Virus record (IMG/VR): IMGVR_UViG_3300008255_000114
Span: 1-64,000 of that record
Length of the DNA stretch: 64,000 nt
Strand: one strand, 5' to 3'
DNA from: a virus
Part shown: positions 52,393-61,754 of the stretch, one piece after another
How positions within the stretch are numbered: the stretch's first letter is position 1
Layout of the letters: each line of letters opens with the position of its first letter
Program-made: the position numbers and the translations under genes
Notes under the pieces: model-generated
The model's input: the letters and a program-made list of their open reading frames with translations, nothing else
Databases searched by the model: none
What the model was told of the DNA's origin: nothing

Positions 52393-53313
52393 ATGAGTAA
52401 AGTTTTCAAACCACACCTTGCTACCGATGTTGATGTAAGTAAGTTGGTATTTCCATTGTGGGTACAGTATAAAGTTGACGGTGTTCGCATGTTAGTACGT
52501 GATAATGTAGCAACTGGGCGTAGCATGAAGAAGTATAAAAATACTACTATGACAGAATATTTTAGTCAGCTATGTTTTGAGGGGTTTGATATGGAGGTTG
52601 GAGTTACTTCCCCTAACGACCCAGATTTGTGTAGATTAACTACATCTCTAGTTAATACAATTAAAGGCGGCTTACCTAAATTCGTTGTGGTGTTTGATTA
52701 TCTAACCAAGCAAAACTTAGAAGGTAATGTCGGTTACAGAAAGCGTATGGAGGCATTACAACATCACCTAGATAATACAGTATTTACTGATGGTGTAGAG
52801 TTAATTTTTAGTAAGCAGTACCAAGTTAATTCTATCGAGGAGTTAGAAGTCTTCTATTCCGAGGCTTTGTCACTTAATTATGAAGGGGTTATTATCCGCA
52901 AGCAAGATGGTGAGCATAAGTCTGGTCGTGCCACAGTAACCGAAGGAAGTTACTTGAGATTGAAACCAACTGGTGATAGTGAAGGTGTTGTACTGCGCTT
53001 AGAGGAGGCATACGAGAACTTAAATGAAGCTAAGGTTAATGAGCTAGGACACACTGAACGTTCCACTCACAAAGCTAACATGGTACCTAAAGGTATGATT
53101 GGTGCATTGTGGTTAAGGGATATCCATTCAGGAAAAGAAGTTAAAGTTGGTGCAGGAAAATTAACTCACGAACAACGTAAATTATACTTCGAACAGCCAG
53201 AGTTGATACTTGGAGATTTAGTTAAGTATGCGTTCTTAGCTACTGGTGAAAAAGATGCACCACGTCATCCACGTTATATTTCACATCGTGCTTGGGAAGA
53301 TATTAGCAAATAA
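52393..53313 (+). CDS. ATP-dependent DNA ligase
   Basis: KVDGVR, FD, EGVIIR, LKP..D.E, G.G, PRHP. Confidence 0.92.
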   Translation: MSKVFKPHLATDVDVSKLVFPLWVQYKVDGVRMLVRDNVATGRSMKKYKNTTMTEYFSQLCFEGFDMEVGVTSPNDPDLCRLTTSLVNTIKGGLPKFVVVFDYLTKQNLEGNVGYRKRMEALQHHLDNTVFTDGVELIFSKQYQVNSIEELEVFYSEALSLNYEGVIIRKQDGEHKSGRATVTEGSYLRLKPTGDSEGVVLRLEEAYENLNEAKVNELGHTERSTHKANMVPKGMIGALWLRDIHSGKEVKVGAGKLTHEQRKLYFEQPELILGDLVKYAFLATGEKDAPRHPRYISHRAWEDISK

Positions 53314-53438
53314 GGAGTAGTCAAATGGAATTTAGTAGTATCCAAGAAATGTGTTACACAAACTCACCATACACAGGTGCACTGTCTTGTGGGTTAGAAG
53401 ATTTATGTGATAATTATGAAACTATACAAGAATTCTGC

Positions 53439-53467
53439 TTGACAGAGGAAATAGACTTCGCTATAAT
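53439..53467 (+). promoter_or_regulatory. Consensus sigma70 promoter
   Basis: TTGACA-17nt-TATAAT exact. Confidence 0.85.
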
Positions 53468-53499
53468 CGTTAGTAATTTAAGTTAATAGGAGAAATAAT

Positions 53500-54186
53500 A
53501 TGAAGGTTAAACCGTTTTGTATTAACATTGAAGGTATGTCAAATCAACAAGTGGATGATATTCTAAATAAATCTCTTGCTGCAGGTGGTAATTTTTCAGA
53601 AGGTATAGAGGTCAGAAGACTCTATAAATACTTTGGACTTGATCATAATTTAGATACTTATTTCTGGAATATTGCAGAAACTTATGCAGAAGAAGATGAG
53701 GATGTAATTGAGTTAAGATTTGACCAACTTGACGAATATTTAGGTTTAACTAAATCTACACAAAAGGAAACAATTATGACAAGTGAAATTAATGATATGA
53801 AAAATACTGCTATCTTACCCGAAGGCTTAGATGAAGATACTATTCAAGCTTATATTAAAATGTGTGGTGATTGTGGTTGTGATGTTACTGGTTTTACTGA
53901 TAGAGACTCTTTTTCAGAGGATAAATACTTAGAGTGCTGTGATATTGGCAATGGTTTAAAATTATATGGGAGTGATTGTCTAGAACCAACTACAAGACCT
54001 ATCAATATAGAGAAAAACACTACCTATACAGTTACCTTACCAGAACGTAAAACTGTAACCTTATTCGGCACTGAGTACTACGAGGATATGCTTGCACCAA
54101 TGTTGTCTGCAATGGAAGATGCTAAGGTTCCTGATATTACCCCTAGTGCTGGCTCAGGAACACCGCCCATTAAAAAGAGTCTGTAG
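53500..54186 (+). CDS. Acidic hypothetical protein
   Basis: AGGAG SD after a consensus promoter. Confidence 0.6.
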   Translation: MKVKPFCINIEGMSNQQVDDILNKSLAAGGNFSEGIEVRRLYKYFGLDHNLDTYFWNIAETYAEEDEDVIELRFDQLDEYLGLTKSTQKETIMTSEINDMKNTAILPEGLDEDTIQAYIKMCGDCGCDVTGFTDRDSFSEDKYLECCDIGNGLKLYGSDCLEPTTRPINIEKNTTYTVTLPERKTVTLFGTEYYEDMLAPMLSAMEDAKVPDITPSAGSGTPPIKKSL

Positions 54187-54680
54187 TGTTCTTTGTCTTG
54201 CCATTAGAGAACTGGGCTATAATTTATAAAATATTAATGATTGTGACTATTGTATTTCACCCTAATATTATGTTTCGTAAGTTTGCACTTTGGTTCTCTA
54301 TTAGTTGGATGATTACAGGATTCTTTAAGGAGTATTACCTTACTGGAGGTGCTTGGTTTATGATGCAATCTGTTCATGAGCTTATCACGATACTCGTAGT
54401 AGGTAGATTACTTAAAGATAACCCATTGGTTAAGTATATAATTACAATACAAGCAGTGGGCTTCCTATGGCTTAATATACTACAATTTCAAACTATAACA
54501 AATTGGTTTATGCCTCCAGTTGATTATATTTGGTGGAATATGATAGGTTTTGAGTTGATACTGTTATCGTTGTGGTTTAACGAAGAAGTATTACTCAGCA
54601 TCAAGAAGCAGTGGACATTTGAGAATGTCACAATGGTATACATTATAGGTTGGATAATTTATCTGGCTGGAAACTATTAA
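54186..54680 (+). CDS. Polytopic membrane protein
   Basis: 5-6 hydrophobic segments. Confidence 0.6.
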   Translation: MFFVLPLENWAIIYKILMIVTIVFHPNIMFRKFALWFSISWMITGFFKEYYLTGGAWFMMQSVHELITILVVGRLLKDNPLVKYIITIQAVGFLWLNILQFQTITNWFMPPVDYIWWNMIGFELILLSLWFNEEVLLSIKKQWTFENVTMVYIIGWIIYLAGNY

Positions 54681-54697
54681 TATTGGAGGGTACTGTT

Positions 54698-55216
54698 ATG
54701 AAAAGTTTGTTAAGTGTTGTACTACTATTTATGTCATTTGGTTCACATGCCGAATATATTCTACAGGATGTGGACGAAACTACCACTACTTACATTTGTA
54801 GTGACCAAGTTAAACCTAATAGTACTATTATTGTACTAAGTAATGGTGGTTTGCTAAGAGAGGCTTATAATATTGGTATTTGTCTTAGGGATAAGAATAT
54901 CAAACTGAAGGTTATGAAAGCCTACTCTGCAGCACCATACATGGTATTGTTCAGCAACGATGTTTGTATGTACCCAAGCACTGACATTGGTGCGCATACT
55001 CCATCAACTGAGAAAGGTGCTGCCAGCTTATCAGAAGTCCGTGATGTACTTAAAGCTGTTGCTGGTACACTTATTAATGATGCTGGTATTGAACAACGTG
55101 TGGCACTTGAGATGATTGCATATATGATTGTTACACCATATGATGGTATGGGTATGATACCATTCAATGAATACACTCGTATGTTGGGTGATAAATATAA
55201 AGGTGTCTGTAAGTAA
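54698..55216 (+). CDS. Secreted ClpP/crotonase-like protein
   Basis: Signal peptide ending SHA; SNGG, AYSAA, IGAH. Confidence 0.5.
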   Translation: MKSLLSVVLLFMSFGSHAEYILQDVDETTTTYICSDQVKPNSTIIVLSNGGLLREAYNIGICLRDKNIKLKVMKAYSAAPYMVLFSNDVCMYPSTDIGAHTPSTEKGAASLSEVRDVLKAVAGTLINDAGIEQRVALEMIAYMIVTPYDGMGMIPFNEYTRMLGDKYKGVCK

Positions 55217-56167
55217 TAAAGTGTTTGACATTATAAACCACAGGGACTATTATGTTTCTGTGGTTTAATTATTTTAGGAGGTTTATATTTATGAAACGTT
55301 TAATGCTTACAAGTTATAACAGAGTTTTAGATGAAACTAAGGTTTCTGGTCCATATCCTGCAAATGGTTTACTTGGTTGGTTAAAGAAAGCCCGTACTAA
55401 TAGTGCTTTGGGTTATTTAGTGTGGGAAACACGAGACCTTACTCCAGAAGAAGAATTGAAACCTACTGGAACTTATATTCTACAGGGAGCGGATTAATAT
55501 GAGTAGATTAAACTTTGATATACCAAACACTACTTTTGCTAACAAGGGTTTGATAGATAATTTAGAATTACGTCCTTATGATAAGATATCCTTTAGTCTT
55601 AGTGACCAATTTAATGCTTTGCTTGACAAAGAGTTCTTCAGGTACTTAAAACACAATAACCTTACAGTAGAAACGCTAGTTAAGGAAGATTATACGTTAC
55701 TGAACTATATGTCTGCAAACAAGACTGAACTCGCATACAAAGGTGAGGTAGTGTTTAGTGTGCAGATTGACCCTAACTTTTCTATGATAACACGGAGATA
55801 TTATGAGTAAAATTCCTAGACATATCCACTGGCAGTCTTACTTTGTTGGCATGAAAGTATACAACCCTAAGAGAGATGAATTTAACACTATCAATGATAT
55901 TTCAGATGATGGTACCAGTATTACTGTTGGATCTGAAACATACCCTTGGGGTAATAGGTTGTATCATAGTAGAGAAGATTATATTATACACAAACGATGC
56001 ACTGATAAGAGTCTTGATATCTACCACGCATTCTTTTGTGGAAGTATTCCAAAACATGTCACTGAAGATGACTTAGATAAAATATTAGATATTATCAATA
56101 AAAGTATTGACGGGTAATATTCAGTAGGTTAACATGACTGCAGTTAATAATTAGAGAGGATTTAAAT

Positions 56168-56875
56168 ATGAAAGTGGTATTATATAGACGTTTGAGTAAA
56201 GAGGACAGAACTAAGAACCAACATGGTTTTGACTCACAACTTGCAGATATCAACTACTATTTAAATTCTCTAAAGTCTTATGAAATTGTAGGCGACTTCT
56301 ATGAGTTTATATCTGGTGCTGCAGAAGTTAAACCAGAGTTAGATAAAGCTATGGAAATTTGTAAGAATACTGGAGCTACTTTGGTAATCCAGAAGTTAGA
56401 CCGATTAAGCCGTAGGGTTTCACAGATTGCACTATACATGGAAAGTAATGTTAAGTTTAAAGTTGCTTCTATTCCTAATGCTGATAACTTCCAATTACAC
56501 TTATATGCTGCTATGGCTGAACAAGAAAGATTTATGATCCGTGACCGTGTTAAGCGCGGTTGTGCTGCAGCTAAAGCTAAAGGTATTAGTAGTGGTAGGG
56601 CATCACCTAACTATGGTAAGAACTCTGGCAATGGTGATAAGAATATTGCCGAAGTGTTAGATAAACGTAGACAATCTTCAATTGAGGCTACATCTTATGT
56701 GGTACCAGAAGTTAAGAAGGCTATCAAGTATCTAGGTAAACGTCCAACACAGGCTAAGGTAGTTGCCTTCCTGAATGATATGGAAGTATATAATCCTAAA
56801 GGTAAGATGTGGACACAAAGTAGCTTACAACGAGTTATAGATAAGCATAATATAAATATTTATGGAGGATGTTAG
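56168..56875 (+). CDS. Serine recombinase (resolvase/invertase type)
   Basis: Y.RLS, E.ISG, PEL..A, KLDRLSR, AE.ER..I..R...G. Confidence 0.88.
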   Translation: MKVVLYRRLSKEDRTKNQHGFDSQLADINYYLNSLKSYEIVGDFYEFISGAAEVKPELDKAMEICKNTGATLVIQKLDRLSRRVSQIALYMESNVKFKVASIPNADNFQLHLYAAMAEQERFMIRDRVKRGCAAAKAKGISSGRASPNYGKNSGNGDKNIAEVLDKRRQSSIEATSYVVPEVKKAIKYLGKRPTQAKVVAFLNDMEVYNPKGKMWTQSSLQRVIDKHNINIYGGC

Positions 56876-56876
56876 T

Positions 56877-57839
56877 ATGAAAAAGTTATATTCACAGGAA
56901 ACACAGGCTTTTAAATTTACACATGAAGATGGTAGTGAAACATCAATTAAGCTGTCACCATCAGGAAGTTTTGATAGTAGCAATTTAGACAGAACTAAAC
57001 CTATTGTAGAAGACAAAGCCAAATACAGTATTATTATCTCTTGTTCTAAGGGTTGTCAGATGGCATGTAATTTCTGCCATTTAACTAAACTTAAAATGAA
57101 GTTTGAACCTCTTACTGAAAAACAAGTATTTGATAATATAATGTCATCTATTCGAGAAGTGCATAAGAGTCGCCCAGACATATCTAATAAGTACATTAAA
57201 CTGTGTTGGATGGGTATGGGAGAAGCTATTCTACAACCTGAAACTGTACGTACTGTAAGTATCCTAGTGTTGAACACGGTACTAGAGGAAGGATTAGCTA
57301 TTGGTGTAGATGGGGTGGATATATCCACAGTGATGCCAAAGACAACCAGTAAGTGGAAAGCTGTGTTTTCAAACTTGAATGAAAGCTTATACGGTTATAA
57401 TCTAAATCCTAGTAATATGGTTGGTGAAAGAACTCCACTTAGATTATTTTATTCTTTGCATCACTATAGTCAGGTTGAGCGAGATATTATTATTCCTAAC
57501 ACTAGAAGTATAGATAGCACTTTGAATATTCTTACATGTTTCCGTGACACTACTAAAATTAACGTGGTACTTCACTATATGTTCATGGAAGGAGTGAATG
57601 ACTCTGAAGAAGATGTGGTTGGATTGGTTGACTGGTTCAATAGTAATGATGATTATTATGACACCCAGTTTAGAGTACTTCGTTATAACAGTTTTAATAC
57701 TGTAGATGCAGAGTCATGTAAGATGAACTTAATCGTTAAATATTTAGAAGAAAATATGAAAGTTAAACAACTTAAAATTCAGTATTCATCTGGTGAGGAT
57801 ATTTCATCAGCTTGTGGTCAATTTATTGGAGTGAATTAA
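56877..57839 (+). CDS. RlmN/Cfr-like radical SAM RNA methyltransferase
   Basis: GCQMACNFC, MGMGE, IST, SLH, GVNDS, DI.SACGQ. Confidence 0.85.
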   Translation: MKKLYSQETQAFKFTHEDGSETSIKLSPSGSFDSSNLDRTKPIVEDKAKYSIIISCSKGCQMACNFCHLTKLKMKFEPLTEKQVFDNIMSSIREVHKSRPDISNKYIKLCWMGMGEAILQPETVRTVSILVLNTVLEEGLAIGVDGVDISTVMPKTTSKWKAVFSNLNESLYGYNLNPSNMVGERTPLRLFYSLHHYSQVERDIIIPNTRSIDSTLNILTCFRDTTKINVVLHYMFMEGVNDSEEDVVGLVDWFNSNDDYYDTQFRVLRYNSFNTVDAESCKMNLIVKYLEENMKVKQLKIQYSSGEDISSACGQFIGVN

Positions 57840-58492
57840 TGAGGAGTAGAAACAGGCTGGTATGTGGTGTTGGTATAAATGACGCCAGTTACCGCCAAGA
57901 AATTAGAGAAAGATATATAGACACTGCAGGTATTAAAAGGTCTAAGCTAATATGGCAATGCCCTTATCACCTAAAATGGCACAACATCTTAATAAGGTGC
58001 TACTCTAGTAAATATCAAAATGAGAAAACAACCTATAAAGGTTGTACTGTGTGTGATGATTGGTTAGTTTTCAGTAATTTTAAGTCTTGGATGGAGAAAC
58101 AAAACTGGGAAGGCAAGCACTTAGATAAGGACTTTTTAATTAAGGGCAACAAGCTATACTCGCCAGATACCTGTATTTTTGTTGATGGGGCTTTGAATTG
58201 CTTCTTAACTCTCAACGGCGCGGTAAGAGGAGAATACCCTGTAGGTGTGTCACTATATAAGGTCAATGGTAAATACCGCAGTGGTATATGCATAGATGGT
58301 AAATGTACACACTTGGGGTACTATCTAACCTCTTTAGAAGCTCATTTAGTGTGGCAAAAAGCTAAACTTAAACAAGCAGAGGTTTTACTACTTAGGTATA
58401 CAGAAGATAAGTTGGTAAGTATGGGTCTTAGTAGGGTAATTCTAAACTTGAAGGATGACATACTAAATCTCAAGGAAACAGAAACTCTTTAG
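57839..58492 (+). CDS. HNH-type homing endonuclease (copy 5)
   Basis: GVGIND, W..IL.RCY, TYKGCTV..DW..FSNF..W, LDKDFL..GNK.YSPDTC; AP2-like tail. Confidence 0.75.
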   Translation: MRSRNRLVCGVGINDASYRQEIRERYIDTAGIKRSKLIWQCPYHLKWHNILIRCYSSKYQNEKTTYKGCTVCDDWLVFSNFKSWMEKQNWEGKHLDKDFLIKGNKLYSPDTCIFVDGALNCFLTLNGAVRGEYPVGVSLYKVNGKYRSGICIDGKCTHLGYYLTSLEAHLVWQKAKLKQAEVLLLRYTEDKLVSMGLSRVILNLKDDILNLKETETL

Positions 58493-58561
58493 GTAATTAT
58501 ATTGACATACAAAACTAACCTGATATTATACGTATAACTTATTTGATGGAGGAAAACATTC

Positions 58562-60706
58562 ATGGCAATTCCAGTAGTAATAGAAACAGAAGTTTATCAA
58601 GGTAAATCAAGTCGTTCAGCTAATTTTGGTATGGAGTTTTCCGCTAAGTTAGCACGTACGCTATCATCCACATTGTATGACTATAAAATTGAAGCTTGTA
58701 TTCGAGAGTATGCTACCAATGTTACAGATAGTCACAACGATTCTGGTAAGCGGGGTTTGGCTGGGTACATACATCTACCAACTAAAATGGAACCTTGGTA
58801 TGAAGCAGAAGACTTTGGCTTAGGTATGACAGAAGATACCATTTACTCTATCTTCACAGTATATGGTAAGTCTACTAAAGAAGGTAATAACAGTACGAAT
58901 GGAAACCTTGGTTTTGGGAGCAAATGTGGGTTTAGCGTAGGAGGCCAGTTCACAGTTACCTCTATGAAGGACGGTATTAAAACTGTTGTAGTGTGTTATA
59001 AAGATAAATCTGGTGTTCCTGCTGCAGATACGAAATCCATCACTAAAACTACTGAAGGTAACGGAACTAGAATCCGTGTACCTGTAAACACAAAGGATAT
59101 CAGTGCTTGGCAATTAAATGGAGCTAAGGTATTAGGTGCTTTTGAAGTACCACATAAAGTTAATAGTTTTGGTTTGTATGGTGCAGAATATGAAGCTACA
59201 CGAGAAATATGTAATCGTGCACGTCAAGAAGGTAGTATTTACTTAGATAGTAATAGTCTAGGTGAATTTGAACATAGAGATACTCGCTTTGTATTAATGG
59301 GTGATGTATTATATGCAGTCCCTTCATGGAAAGATTTAGTACGGGTTACTGGTTTGAAGGATGTGTCTCACACTATGACAGATAGCGGAGTTTACATTAC
59401 ACACTTCCCCATTGGGTCTTTAGATTTTGCACCAAGTAGGGAGACTATTAGTTTAGACGAACAGACTTTTTCCTTATTAAGTAAACGTGTCACTAGTGAT
59501 GTCATTAAATACTATCGTACCCTTATGAGTGAAGTTACTAACGAAGATAGCTCTAGTTGGTACCTATTCTACAAGAAGTTCTATGGAACCACTGTGTGGT
59601 CTGCATTGGCTGATTATAAACTTCCCTTTACCGATGGTTGGACTTTACATAGAACAACACCAAATAATTACAGTTACAACGGGACATTCACAGGTAATAA
59701 AATTCACCTAGTACCAAAAGACTTTAAGCTTAGTGGGTTAGTCCCTCCAAATAAAAAAGGTATTGGTGGTACAGCTTTTAATACATCGGTTGAATGGTTA
59801 CACCAAGAAAGATTATCTCGTATGGATAATGTGGTGTTAGTATACAGCGACAAGGAAGAAGGTCTTAATAAAAAGAAAGAAGTATTGCAGTTAGTTAATG
59901 ATAAGTTCCCAGACTCTAATGCTATTCTATACTGTCAGCACAAAACTATGTTAAATAATGTTGCTAAGTGGTTTGGGGTTCCTCCAGAACGTACAGTATG
60001 TGGTGATGAGTTCGTACCTGTAAAGGTACGCAAGGTTAGAGCTAAAGGTAGTAGTCGTGGAGGTTTTGGTATCACAGAAGACTTCTACACTGTCGCCACC
60101 ACCCTCACACAAAATGGGCAAGTACATGGTAAGGTGGATTTATCTGAAGATGGTATTTTCTACGTTGACGGTAAATTATTAGAGGTACAAGGTTACAATA
60201 CAGTACATACTTTTAGTGACAATAGCTTAGTTAGGAAGTTACCCCACTTAGACACTCTTGGTATTAATAAAGTAATCGTTGCCAATAAAAATAATATTGG
60301 TAAAATAAAGCGTAATGGTGTACCTTGTTTATCCAAGCACTTATCCTCTTTAGTTAAGAAGAAAGTTAATACTGTTGTGAAATGTCAAGTAGCTTCTACT
60401 GCAAGACTTGGTTTGGACTATAAACAGAAGGCTGTGGCAGATAAGGTTAAAGGTTATACTAGATTCAACAAACATCTAGACAAGTTGAAAAAGGATAATG
60501 ACCTAGCCACAGCTATTTTAAGTATTAGTGATTTTGGTGTTGGTACTCTACCTAAATATAAGGAAGAGAAAAGTAAACTCACTACTCTACGTACAGCAGT
60601 GTTCGATGATCTACATGACATTAAACAGAGATTACCATTGTGGGATAGTATAAGTAATGAAGATGACTTTAACTACTACCTGAAACTTGAAAAATTTATT
60701 AAATAA
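58562..60706 (+). CDS. rIIA: rIIA-like protein
   Basis: GHKL fold LY....A.IRE..TN..D.H, DFGLGM, YG.STK, G.LGFG.K; followed by rIIB. Confidence 0.88.
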   Translation: MAIPVVIETEVYQGKSSRSANFGMEFSAKLARTLSSTLYDYKIEACIREYATNVTDSHNDSGKRGLAGYIHLPTKMEPWYEAEDFGLGMTEDTIYSIFTVYGKSTKEGNNSTNGNLGFGSKCGFSVGGQFTVTSMKDGIKTVVVCYKDKSGVPAADTKSITKTTEGNGTRIRVPVNTKDISAWQLNGAKVLGAFEVPHKVNSFGLYGAEYEATREICNRARQEGSIYLDSNSLGEFEHRDTRFVLMGDVLYAVPSWKDLVRVTGLKDVSHTMTDSGVYITHFPIGSLDFAPSRETISLDEQTFSLLSKRVTSDVIKYYRTLMSEVTNEDSSSWYLFYKKFYGTTVWSALADYKLPFTDGWTLHRTTPNNYSYNGTFTGNKIHLVPKDFKLSGLVPPNKKGIGGTAFNTSVEWLHQERLSRMDNVVLVYSDKEEGLNKKKEVLQLVNDKFPDSNAILYCQHKTMLNNVAKWFGVPPERTVCGDEFVPVKVRKVRAKGSSRGGFGITEDFYTVATTLTQNGQVHGKVDLSEDGIFYVDGKLLEVQGYNTVHTFSDNSLVRKLPHLDTLGINKVIVANKNNIGKIKRNGVPCLSKHLSSLVKKKVNTVVKCQVASTARLGLDYKQKAVADKVKGYTRFNKHLDKLKKDNDLATAILSISDFGVGTLPKYKEEKSKLTTLRTAVFDDLHDIKQRLPLWDSISNEDDFNYYLKLEKFIK

Positions 60707-60717
60707 TTGGAGGATTT

Positions 60718-61617
60718 ATGAGTAACCGTAGCGATATTGTAAAGTGTAAGACACAACAGGAAAAGGTTGATATCTTTAATCGGTATAACAAACAGCAGCA
60801 TAAGAACAAAACTAAATTAGCCAAACGGGTGGGCATCTCACTTCGTACACTAAATAGGATATTAAAAGAGTTTGATACTGATGTCGTAGGTATTCAAACG
60901 AAAGTAGATAATTATGATTACACTGTAACCAAAGACGCCATCACTATCTTCTGTAATGAAGATTCTCGCTTGGTGAATAAAGGTTACCCTAAGTTCAAAA
61001 CTATCAGAAGTAAATTAATCAGTGAAGATTTCTCTGATGAGGTACTAAAAGAAACTTTTGAAATGTTATCACTACCTACTTTTATTGAAAAGTTTAGTGA
61101 GGGTAATATTACAGTGTCGCATGAAGAGGGTAAAATCTTTTATGGTACGTTTGAGATTAAGAATAGTCTAGTCACACACATGTTTGATATTATGTCTAGA
61201 GGAGAGGATGTAATGCCGATGGTGCGCTTCTTAGACATGCTTATGGATAACCCTAAAGAATCTATCGTGGAAGAATTGTATCCCTTCATGCAGCACAACG
61301 ATATTGAAATTAATGAGGATGGAACCATTAAAGCATATCGTAATGTCACTATGGATTATAAAGACCACCACACTGGTACAATGGATAATTATATTGGTAA
61401 GGTAGTTAAGATGCCGAGAACTATGGTTGACAGTAATCCAAACAACACTTGTTCTAGTGGTATTCATTGTGCATCTATTGGTTATGCTAAAGGTTTCGGT
61501 GGTGGACGTCTTATGGAAGTAATGGTAAACCCATCACATGTGTGTTCAGTACCTACAGACTACAGTGGTATGAAAATGCGAGTTTGTGAACTTAAGGTTG
61601 TCAAAGAGGTGACTTAA
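60718..61617 (+). CDS. rIIB: rIIB-like protein
   Basis: NP.....ELY.F, DG...AY, M.R..VD.NP..TCS.G.H, SVP.DY...KMR.C. Confidence 0.9.
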   Translation: MSNRSDIVKCKTQQEKVDIFNRYNKQQHKNKTKLAKRVGISLRTLNRILKEFDTDVVGIQTKVDNYDYTVTKDAITIFCNEDSRLVNKGYPKFKTIRSKLISEDFSDEVLKETFEMLSLPTFIEKFSEGNITVSHEEGKIFYGTFEIKNSLVTHMFDIMSRGEDVMPMVRFLDMLMDNPKESIVEELYPFMQHNDIEINEDGTIKAYRNVTMDYKDHHTGTMDNYIGKVVKMPRTMVDSNPNNTCSSGIHCASIGYAKGFGGGRLMEVMVNPSHVCSVPTDYSGMKMRVCELKVVKEVT

Positions 61618-61754
61618 TGTATAACAAAAATTCACAATGACATTAATATAAGCACAAAGGTACAGTAATTTGTATGTTTGTGCTTATATTTTTAAATTAA
61701 ATAAAAACCTTGACGTGGGTAATTGAACAAGGTATTGTTGTGTTCGAAGAGTAA

